63,947 bases of DNA from Geosiphon pyriformis uo1 (Eukaryota > Fungi > Glomeromycota). Shown here piece after piece: positions 38,519 to 49,500 of the stretch. Where the stretch lies: positions 124,054 through 188,000 of the forward strand of contig JAAOMT010000176.1 in the NCBI GenBank assembly GCA_016748015.1. The letters are read 5' to 3'. The first letter of the stretch is position 1. Every line of letters starts with the position of its first letter. The notes beneath the pieces were generated by a model, which worked only from the letters and a program-made list of their open reading frames with translations, was not told where the DNA came from and did not search any database. A program made the position numbers and the translations under genes.

Positions 38519-38820
38519 ATAGTAATTTAATATTAAGATTGTCTTATAGTATAGTGTTCTTGTTATTAAATAAGGTGGTTAAATTGCTTAGTATTATTAA
38601 GTCTTTTGCAGTCAGTTTTGGTAGACATAAGTCATGGTTTTTTTTTTCTGGTCTGAGTAGTAATATATGTGTTAATATAGATATATAGTATTACTTTGTC
38701 TGATTTGAATGATTAATTATATGTAGTAAGAGCATAAATCACATTTAGTTTAAGCCACTTAGTCTGGTTCTATGTACTAAATAGTAATTGAACTTTATTC
38801 AATAAATAAATTATTGTTGT
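38519..38820 (+). mobile_element. 3' end and 3' UTR of the LINE interrupted at 26080
   Basis: Frame continues ...KSFAVSFGRHKSWFFFSGL...; followed by a tail shared with ~41055-41190 and ~61510-61640. Confidence 0.7.
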
Positions 38821-38919
38821 TATATTAAATTTTAAATTATAAAAATAATAATATAGTATATTTATTTTAAATTTTATGTGTTTTTAAATATTATATTGGT
38901 TTGTTAATTAATTTTTATT

Positions 38920-41200
38920 AAAAAACAATATTAAAAAAAAGTTTCAAATATTTTTTTTTTATAGTAACTAATAAAATTTCAACAAAAAAAAGTTTTATTA
39001 TTATTAAAACAGCTAAACAAAATATTTTAGTATTGTTTTTTTTAAATATTAGTAGTAAAAAACTGTCTTTAATGACTTTTAAACCATTTTTCTTACTTTT
39101 AACTGGTAATTTTTCTTTAATCAAACTTATTTCTAAAAAATACACTCAAGTTAGTTCTAGTATTGTTTTTATCTCTTTCAAAAGCTCTAAAATTTTTAAT
39201 AACAAACCAGTTAACAAACTGGTTTTTTCTGTTTTTATTATCAATATTACTATTATTATTTCTTTATAAATAGCTAAAAAGACCAAAAAATTAAAAAAAC
39301 AGTAGTTATTTGTATTTATTATTGTTATATTGAATTTATTTGTAGTTTTAAATAAAATCTTGAATAAAATTTTCTTAGTAGCATTTAGTTTTTTTTCTAA
39401 TATAAATAACAATAATAATAACATATTTTTTATAATAAACCAATATTAACTATTAACTATGTTGTCAAATATAATGTTTTTTGGCAAATAATTATTGAGT
39501 TTAAAAGCAAAACAACCTATTAAGTTATTTAATCTTAAGTATTAGACTGATTAAATAGAAATTAAATCAATTTCTGTTTTTTTGTTTTCTAATACTGTCT
39601 TTAATAATGCTTAAAAAACAATTTTTAATTGTCAAAAATTCTCTAAATAATAGATTTTTATTTTGGTATTTAGTACTACTTTTAAAATCAAATTGGTCTT
39701 GGTTAATTTTTTGTTTTATCTGTTGTCTGGTTTTGTTAGATTCAAGTTAGTTTTCAAAGACAATATTAAGTTATTCTAGTAAATTTTGCTTCTGAGGCTT
39801 CTTTAATTACTACTATTAAAGTTTTTATTTGTAGTTCTCTTTTTTTAATCATATTTAAGATTGTTAAATCTTCTGTAATGGCTTTTGGTTTTCTCTTTTT
39901 TATTTTTGTTATACTTCATAATATTTTTTTTGGTATATTTTCTGATAATATTAAAAATGTTTTTGGTATTTTTGATGTTATTACTTCTGTTAAATTAAAG
40001 TCTGTTGGTTTGTGATAATATATCATTATTAATTTTAAGAACTCTTTTTTTGTTGTTGCTGCTTTTAATAACTAGTTTCTACTAGTAAAAAAATATAGTA
40101 TTTATATATTTTTTTTTTAATTAAAAAGAAGTTATAATATTAAGAAATTTTTTCAAACCAAATTGGTTAATTTTTTTTTTTAATTGTATTGTCTTTGAAA
40201 TTAGTAATATGATTTTTTAAATTGATAATTATACTTGTTTTATTTCTTATTTTTTGGATTTTTATTGTTATTAATACTTTATTATTGTTATTTTTAAGTC
40301 TTATAAAATGTTAAAACTTACTATAATGAAAATTGGTATTTTATACAAGTGTTATATCTGGTAAAAAACTCCTAAGTGCTGTTATTATTATAGATACTAA
40401 AGTTTAAACTACTTGTTTGCTGAATATAAAGTGTTTTTACTTCTTTCTTTCAAGTTGTTTTTTAAGTTTGTTGTTGGTTTTTAGTCTTTTATTTTATTTA
40501 TTGTTAATAGTAAATCTTATGCTATAATTTTTGTTTTTTTAATTTCTTTTTTTGTTGTTTTTTTGGCTGTTTTTGTTGTTAATTTTACTATTAAGTCTAA
40601 ATTAAACTTATTAAAATCTTAAATTTTGAGCTTGGTTGTTTTGATTAAGTCTATTATTAAACTTATTGGTTTTTTGGTTGTTTTAGTAATGTTTTTTATA
40701 TCTAAAAATATGTATAAAAAGCACAAAATTAAGAAAAATTTGTTTATTATATGTAATATTTTTTGGAACTTTGCTTCTTTTTTGGCTAATGTATTTAAAG
40801 ACTTTGTTAGTTTTAAAATTAAAGTTAAATTTAGTAATATAAATAATAATGATTTAAGTATTATTAAAACATGCTTTTTAAGTGAAAAAACAATTAACTA
40901 AATAATTATTTTGTAATAAATATGTGGTTTTAAAGTTAAAAATAGTGTTAAAAAAACTAAATTGTTTTTAAGTAAATTTATTTTTAATTTTAAAAATTTA
41001 AATTGTATTATTAAAAAATTTAGTAAGCTGAATTTTCTTTTGGTTCAACTTAATTAGTGCTTTGATTAACTTAGATAGTTGGTTACATATAGAAAATACA
41101 TAATTTATATCTAATTTAAGTTATTTAATTTGGCATATTATATTAGATGGTTTTTTAGCACACTTTATTAAAACATAAATAAAAATTATTTTTGTTTTTT
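38920..41200 (+). mobile_element. Heavily AT-shifted relic of an ORF1-only LINE-related element
   Basis: Remnants VKLKSVGL*(W), coiled-coil LSLVVLIKSIIKLIGFLV and a decayed knuckle; no ORF2 before the shared 3' tail; homologous to 61510-63080 (-). Confidence 0.6.
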
Positions 41201-41809
41201 AATTTTATTTAATAATTAAAACTTATTATTATTATTTTTGAGTTTTAATTAATTTAAATAATGTTATTATTAAAATAATACTTTAAAAATATTTATATTT
41301 AATAAAAAACTTTTGTTTATTAATACTGTTTTAATATAAAAAATCAGATTATTTAATTTTAGATTATAAAATAGTTTTATTTTTTTTAACTCTTTATTAA
41401 AATTTATAATTGGCTTTAAAGTTTTCAAAAATTGGTTTATTAATATAAAATTATATGTTAAAACTACTGTTTTTTTGGTTTTTTATTACTATTATTAATT
41501 TAATAATTAATTTTAAGTTGATTTTTTTGGAATTTAAATTGGTTAAATTAGTTTTGCTATTTAAGTTTATTATTCTTTAATTAATTTAATTACAAAATTA
41601 ATAAGTGTTTTTTTTCAAAAAAATTAAAATAAAGGATAAAATTCTTATAATTAAAAGAAATATTAATAACATAAATAAAATATTTTTAATAAGTTAATAA
41701 TTTTTTAGAAGTTATAAGATCTTAATATAAAAAAAAATGTTAATAAAACTATTATATAATTGGTTAATATAATTCTCAAAAGCAATAGTATAGTTGCAAT
41801 AATATACAT

Positions 41810-42596
41810 TGTTACAGGTAAACTTGTTGGGGTATCGTGGTAACATTTGGTGCTCTAAATTTGGGTAAGGAGAGCTTGAAGGGTTTTTTTTATAGATACT
41901 TGGAGTGAGTCTGTGATATCAGTTTCTGAAGGTTTTCGCTAGTTTTACCCATGGAGTTCTTTGGTTATAAGGCACAGAGAGGTGTTTTGGCTGTTCACAG
42001 CTTAAGTATGTGAGCTATTTTCTTTGAGCTAGTTGAGCACAGTCACTAGGGTCTGGCAGTATCTTTTCACCCTTCTGGTAAGCTAACAAGATAACATTAA
42101 TATCCAATCCTAGGGGGAGCTTCCCTCTTTTACCAGGCTATCATGAAGTCTATTCCCAGACAGTCGATTTTCCAATGTTGCCATTCCACAAGAGAAAAAG
42201 AAATAAAAGAAAAGAAAAAAAAGAAAAGAAAAGAAATTAGTATCATCAATTGCCATAATCAAGAGTGATTGCTAAGAGCATATATTTTTTGTATCAGTCT
42301 GTCTCTCTGTCTGTCTTTTCTTCACTGCTAAAACTACTCGTTTTTATACATTTTTCTAGTTTTACAAGATTGGTTTCGATCACTTGTTATCACTAGCTAT
42401 CGCTCACTATTTCTGTTGTTGCTTCGTTCTTTTACACTATAACTAGTTATCCTATGTTATGGCCAGTTATTTCACGTTATTGTGTGTTATAACGCGTTAT
42501 TCTGTTATTTCGCGTTATCACGTTTTTCTAAGTTATCACGTTTTTAATCACGTTTTTTCCAATATCTTTCGGATTGGTTTTTCTACTCGGGTAACA
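41810..42596 (-). repeat. Solo LTR G (787 bp), related to the C/E LTRs, CpG-retaining
   Basis: TGTTAC...GTAACA; shares the TCTGAAGGTTTT, CTCTTGAT..GGC.ATTG and GAGCACCAA motifs with C/E; no PBS, PPT or clear TSD. Confidence 0.8.
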
Positions 42597-43156
42597 TGTA
42601 AAAAACACGTTTTAGTTTTACATTAGTAATATTTTGTTAAAGTGGAAAAAAAATTAGTACTAAAAAATGAAAAAAAGTTTTATTTATTTATAATTATTTT
42701 AACTTTAAGCTTATTTTTCATATAAAAAACCAAAATAACAAAATACAAACAAATAATATAAAAACAAAAAATTTGCCAAACAATTAAAAAGATAAAAAAC
42801 AATTTAAGTCAAATGTCTCTTATATGATTAATTCCAACAATCAGAATGTTGCAGCATGCCCTATAAATTCAATTAATCAAATCAAAATGGATACCGGGTT
42901 GAAAATTTCAGATTTATAACAGAGGTTTTTATACAAAGATTCTGAGAAATCTCTTATTAAAAAATGCAGCTTTTTTATCCAATCGTTTGGATGTATCGCG
43001 ATCTTGGGCAATCCAATTGGAAAATTTAAAATGTTGCGAATAAAATTAAGGGTGATTTTTTTTAAGAGTTCTTGGATATCTTCAGCCTGAATATCTTTTT
43101 CCTATACCCTTCAAGCCTATTTGTGGGCTGTAAAAAAGTTAGCATTCCTAATTGGC

Positions 43157-44318
43157 TCAAAAGCTCTTTTCCCAGTTAGGTTTCCTTTTCTTTTGCAAAT
43201 TTTTGTAATGTTTTTTGCCGCCGCTTTGTCTCGTCTGTCGTAATTTCATAAGAAATCAGTGAATTGGATTAGAAATATTTCTAGATTATCTAACTGAAAA
43301 GATAAAATGTAGATGAGAGAAATTGATTAGAAAAACCTCTTGAATATCCAAGAATTTCCGTTTGTAATATGCTTTAGCATGTTCATCGGCCATCACCTCT
43401 TCTATAATAGTTTGTCTACGCTCTTTACGGGTCAGACGACTTGAATAGAATTCAGTTGGACCCTCAATGATGGTTCCAAGCTTAATGCCACATTTAAAAA
43501 TTATCGATCATAAATTAGATGCATTTAACATTGATCGGTCGGATCAATATAATTCACTAAATGTGAAGTAAACTAAGGTTTTCCTACTTGGAAATATTTC
43601 GGCAGCACTTTGGAATCTTCCTTTTTGTAGAATCGTTTCGGATCAAGAACATTTCTCGACTTTAAAATATGAAGGTCTCTTTTAAGTTCAGGAGTCATTA
43701 CTGGCTTTGGCATACCAAACCAGTTGGGATCTGAAGTTGCCTCACGAAGCTATTTTGAAAGAAGAAATTTGAATATTGTTACCGAAACGACCTCAAATAT
43801 TATAATTTTAGACTGTATCAATTCAAATCAGTGTAACTATGACTATAAAGCGGCCAACATCGCAAATCGATGCTCCAATACGGAGGTCTTGTTAATTTGC
43901 TCTAGAACGCGGAAAAATCCTCATCATTTTCAAATGATCTATAGAATATGCGAAAGACATATTGCTATTAAAAATTGGAAAATATTGAAAGGAATACCTT
44001 TTGCTTTTGCTTCCGAGTTAGTGGCTCAGGAGAAATTTTGTTTTTAGGAATGGGAAGTTTTAGTAAAGGCTCCTTAGATAGGCCACTTGTGGGTCTAGAT
44101 TCTTCTGCAGCCACGACGCCATCTCTTCGTAATGAAGCAATGCCACCAGTAAAGGTTTTAATATAAAGATGGTCCTTTACTGAGATTCCTGGATCAAGTT
44201 TTGGAAGTCTTTGAATGAATTCGGCATACAAATAAGATTTTACTTGGAGGCTAGACTGTGAGGATGTTTGGAAAATAACTTACTTGAATTTTTGGCTGTT
44301 TAAGTTTGCAGTCGACAT
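43157..44318 (-). CDS. FCF2: Fcf2 pre-rRNA processing protein (5 exons, ~209 aa)
   Basis: Exons 44318-44284, 44208-43998, 43749-43588, 43480-43337, 43234-43157 with GT-AG introns in phase; WFGMPKPVMTPELKRDL..RNVLDPKRFYKK..PKYFQLGTIIEGPTEFYSSRLTRKER. Confidence 0.92.
43822..43933 (-). ncRNA. Intronic box C/D snoRNA, SNORD46(U46)/snR63 homolog
   Basis: C box ATGATGA (43927-43921), D box CTGA (43831-43828), 12-nt guide AGTCATAGTTAC complementary to LSU rRNA helix 69 GUAACUAUGACU; located in FCF2 intron 2. Confidence 0.85.
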
Positions 44319-44879
44319 TTTTTTTTTGTTGCCAGAAAGATTTTTTCATTGGATTTTTAAATGATGGCCATATCACATGGAAATAATATTTATGACTTAT
44401 ATTATTATTAAAAAAAAAGTATTTTTTGTATTCGGTTTATTAAAATATAATGTTTTTTTAAGCTACAAAGAGAAATATTAAATAAAAATATTAGTTAATT
44501 AATAAATTATTTATATAATTATTTATTAAATGAATATAAAAATTATAAAATATTATAATTAAATTAATGTAATGAATTTAAAATATGTTAATAAATAATT
44601 TTAATTTAATCATATTTTCAAAAGGGTGGGTGGTCACGTGTAAGTCGCGTTCATTATATGTTGTATGTAATTAGATGGCATTTCAAAAAAAAAAATTACA
44701 ATTTTAAGCTAAAAACACACAATACTAAAATACTAAAAAAATGCGATTCAAGTAAAATTAATAAATAAAAATTGAAATATCAATTACATCAAAGAAAATC
44801 AAATAGCCTTAATCATATCAAAAAAAAAAAAGTAAAATATATAATCGTGGTAACAAATTAACTTAATAAATCTATAATG

Positions 44880-45770
44880 CACTCACACAAATATTGTTGA
44901 TATATTGAACTTTACTTTTATGATCATGGTACAAGGCAACAAAGACAAACTTGTAAGTATCTCCTTCCCCATACGGATCGGACGAATATTCACACTCAAC
45001 AACAGACCACCTCAACATGGAGAGCCTTGTCAACATGATGCCTTGCAAAGTGGGAATGATCCTGCACTATGAGTCGAAAATTGGACGCTTGCCAAAATCA
45101 ATAGTCATATCCTCCGTAAAATCCTCATGGGAGTCACGGGCTCTGTTTGATAACTTCAAAGATGTCATCGACTTTGACAGCATTCCCGTTATCCTGGACC
45201 TCATTATCAAAATCATTGAGCTTGTATAGGTTTTATCTTTGATGCATCTTAATTCATACACCTTCAAGAACTTTATATTGTGCAGCTAGACAGTGGTAGC
45301 AGCCCATATTTGCTTCCCCCTTATGGAAGCAGGCGGCAAGTGAAAAAACAAACATATGGTGAGTACCGCAGAACCTCCCACAACACATGGCCAAACAGAA
45401 AGCTTACTATAGTCTTCTGGTTTCCAGTAAAGTGCAGACTGCAGGCACGAAACAACACACTCGTGTACACTACCCAAAAAGGGTATACACTCGTCGGCCC
45501 AGTCGAAACCTGTACTGGTAGCCGACGATGCGCTACTCCATACCAACACGAAGCTTGCTAATCTTCTGGATTGTCTAACTTCCGGTGAAATGTAGGCTTC
45601 AGTCGCGAGGGCCCCGACAGAAGAGAACACAAACAGCCAGATGATCCAAACGGACTATAAGTTAGTAGGCAGAGTTCAATAGCCGATGATGAGCCTTGGT
45701 GTTGCCTTCACCCAATTGTCCATGTACCACCAGTTTCCTATCTTTGCAAAGCGAAGTTCCGGCGATACTC
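44880..45770 (-). pseudogene. Possible decayed ORF of unknown family
   Basis: ORFs 45630-45286 and 45267-45067 share a frame with only 4 stops over ~295 codons; GC-richer than flanks; no recognisable domain. Confidence 0.3.
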
Positions 45771-46514
45771 ATGGAAACTTTCGAGGACATTCAAGCAGTT
45801 AGAATATTTTTTTGTCTCAAAAACGTGACCTTGTCTATTGTCTTTTAAAGGCGCTGGGAGACCAATCGCGTTATATTGTATCCCAAATTTTGCTCGTTTC
45901 ACCGCATTCTGTAAGTTTGATGAAAATGGACACTCGCAGCAAAAGGTTGATTAATACCTAATAATATATACAAATTTTCTTTTCTGGCTTCAGAAAAATG
46001 CATGTGTTCAGTTTTTCTGTATGGGACTGTACGCTATAGTTTTGATTGGGTTTGCTTTTTTTCGAGAAAGTTTTACCCTATATCACTCTTCCTCGTCGTC
46101 AATCACCTCTCATCTCCTTTGATAGGTAGAAGAATCAACTTTTCGCGTGCAGGTGGAGTACACCATCGATCCCTGTCATTTTATGGTGTCGCAGCGTTTG
46201 ATTCGAAACGACATTACATAGAGAATACCCAAACGCAAGAGAGCAACTTTCCTTTTAGTCTTTACTATAATCTCCTCTAACTGCTTCCTTATAACTCAAA
46301 TCCCTTTATTCCACGGTCTATTCGATCATTTTGACCTCACCACACTGAAAATTTGAACCTTGCAAAAAAATCATTTACGTTTTCTTACAAAATTTCTGAA
46401 GTGCATTCAATCGTTTTATTGGAAAAAGTTTCCCCCAACTGTATTTTTACATTTTATTTTTATTTACAGTGAATTTTCGTAGAAAAAACCGTTTGAATAT
46501 ATATCAAATAAAGT

Positions 46515-49500
46515 ATGAATATTTCAGATTGGATACCATTGCCAAAGTTTGGTTATGGTTTTGCAATCTATCCCTACATCCCTGGAGACCAATTAAATTC
46601 TTCTGATTCAACTAAAACTACCAATGATGGTGCTTCAGATGCTGAATCAATATCTTCAACAAAATCCGTCTCACCCGCTATTACCTATCAAGTATCTCTG
46701 GAAGTTGGAGACGAAGTTTATGTCTTTGAAGAGCAAGGTGCTTGGTATCGGGGCTATGTTGTCTCTCAACTAAGACAAACTGAAGAACCACAAGTTTACG
46801 TAGGAATTTTTCCTAGAAATCACGTTTATATAAAAGAATATTTGGAAGATGTAGAATTGGCAGCTGATGAATCAAAAGATGAAATCATTACACCCCCTTT
46901 TTCACCTCCACCTGAACCCAAAACCACTAGACCACCCCCACCTTTACCATCTCTTAAATGTGGGGACGACACAATTAGTGGTAAATCAGAACCATTAATT
47001 GATGAAATTGCGAGTACAGTTCGAGAATGGAGTAGTCTTCTTCCAAAATATTTGGAGCAACGAAGATATAGCATGTTTAATACTGTTAAAGATCAAATAA
47101 ATAATTTATTACAAGGAAGACGTCAATTACTTGCTCAGACCTTATCTCATGATGAATTAAGCAAGTTGCGAAAGGAACTTATAAATAAACTAGTATCTGG
47201 AAATTTAATACAGGAATTGGATATAATTGTTCGTAATCCGGAAAAAGGTTATCTTGCTGATGAGACAAATATTTCAGCGATTCAACTTTATCAATTGCAG
47301 GCTCAATTAGCTGTAATGAACATCGATAAATCCTTGTATTCAGATCCCCTGGCAACAGTAACAACGGGAACTCCACATAATCTTGGGAATTGGTCATCTT
47401 CTTCGACGTCTGAAACTTCTAACACTGGTAATGGATTTAGTCATGCGGGAAAATTTTTTCATGTATTTTTGGAATTAAAAGCGTGGGTAGCATCTATCTC
47501 TACCACTGGAGAATACACAGAGCTTTATTTTTCCTTATATAATCGAACCGATTCTCGTTTCATTACCGAAGAATATTTTATCATGCTCAATCATAATGGT
47601 GTACCAAAAGATCAAAGCAAAATCGGAAAAATGCGAACCATTTTTACGGATCTTTCACCACATGACATTCAAGATAATATTTGGGTTGTGTGTCGAATTG
47701 TCCGTAATGGTAGCATGAAGCTGACTGACAGAGATAAAGAAACATGCAAAGAATCGGGTTCAATGTCCTCGTTATTTCATCCGAAATCTTCGCGTGATAT
47801 GGAACACATTGATCAGTCATCAGCAATTTCTTCGTCTTCAAATGGGAAATCTGGCCCTCAAGCATTTCGAAGACCATTTGGATGTGCTGTTTTAGACATT
47901 AGCTCTATATTACAATCAAAGGAAAAAGAATCCCTCAGTGAGCATTTCATGCAAATATATATGCCTACTCAAGAATCAACCTTCGCCACTTTACATGAGG
48001 ACATAATTCATAATCGCTCAAAAGAAATTGAGAGATCATCCCGAGCCGAAATGATTAGTGTCTCAATTCGTCCATTCTACGGAGAAACTGCCACTATTAT
48101 TAAGGAAAATCCAGCATTCCTTCAAGGAACTCCAATTACTTCCCGACTGGGATTTGCAGATGTGGTTTTTCCAGGAGATTCTCGTAATGAAATTTATCTG
48201 AAATTCTGGTCTGGCGATTTCACACAAGGTCGTGCTACAACTGCGAGAAATATTCAGGTGACCGCTGAAGTACGGCTCAACACGGGAGAAATTTTGGAGA
48301 ATGTGATTTCACAAGGCTCTGGTGAACCTCAAGTCACTCATTTTGAGTCACTCATTTTTTATCATACGAATAATCCCATGTGGGGGGAGTTGATCAAGTT
48401 AAAAATACCGTTTGAATTGTTTGAACAAGCTCATGTTTTCTTTACTTTTCGTCATCGTTCAACGAAAGACAAAAAAGAGGACAAAGTTTTTGCATTTGCT
48501 TATATGCCTTTATTCCCAGAAAATCGAGCATTTATTAGTGACGGAAAGCATACACTGATCCTTTACAAATACGATAAGCAATTGACTAACCCCAACCTTT
48601 ATTTGAATTCTCCATGGTCAAATGGCGTTTCTATTCATCCCGAACCAATCTCCCCCACATCCCTTGGAACCACACATCACCATAATAATTCTAATACTTC
48701 ACTTATTTCAATCAGCAGTAGCCATCACCACAAGCTTTTAATTCCAACAAAAGACATTGTGGTAGTGCGGACATTTTTATGCTCAACAAAGTACACACAA
48801 AACGAAGTTCTTCTGAAATTATTGAATTGGGAAAAACAACTTTTATCGGATGAGAATGAAATGATTTCGGTGTTGAAGAAGTTTACCTTTGTTGGTGAAG
48901 TAGAAATCGTAAAATTTCTTCGGGATATTTTTGATGCTCTGTTTGGAATAGTGGTTTCTATAAAGAATCAACAAAATGAACTCGATGATTTAGTGTTTAA
49001 TGCGTTGGTCACCATTCTTGGAATTGTATCTGACAGAAGATTCATGAATTTTCGACCGGTTTTAGATGTATATATTGAAAAGCATTTCTCATGTGCCGCA
49101 GCTTCCTCTCATTTGATTCGATCTATGAATCGATTAGTATCAAGCCCCGCAAATTCTGACACGGCCCAAAATCTGCGCTCGGCTATAAAAGTCTGGCAAT
49201 ACATTTTCAAATTCATTATGAGGTCTCGTGAACTCCAACGAATGAAAGAATTGAACATTGGTGTCAAAGGCGATTACGTTGAGAAGCAATTTAAGAACGA
49301 TCTGGGGGCTCTATTCAAAAGCATTGATCGATTAATGTCCATCACTACACCACCGTCCATAATTGGTACTCAAACCCTTGCCTTACAACATTTCGCTTCA
49401 GTTTTTGCTGATCTAGGTAAATGTTTTTCCCCAGATGACTTAGTCCAAATTGCAATTCAATTTACTGAAAGCGTGAGATTGCCAAAGGGAAAATTACTCG

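Noticed and set aside
38918-39424. Hydrophobic Ile/Leu/Phe/Lys-rich ORFs (also 40626-40901, 61894-62223) as membrane or mitochondrial genes
   Set aside because: Composition results from extreme G:C>A:T decay of LINE ORF1 relics
41810-41855. Apparent 36-bp mini-LTR followed by a PBS (TGTTAC...GTAACATTTGGTGCTC)
   Set aside because: It is the antisense view of the U5 anti-PBS motif inside minus-oriented LTR G
43988-43997. FCF2 intron 2 donor GTATTCCTTT as a U12 site
   Set aside because: Does not match RTATCCT (extra T) and no TCCTTAAC-type branch point
45590-45625. Antizyme frameshift site or selenocysteine TGA (GGC CCT CGC GAC TGA, minus strand)
   Set aside because: No antizyme domain in the +1 frame and no convincing SECIS
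44900-45800. Telomerase RNA, RNase MRP or U1 snRNA
   Set aside because: No CTAACCCT template, no complete P4 helix, and ATACTTAC is not followed by CTG
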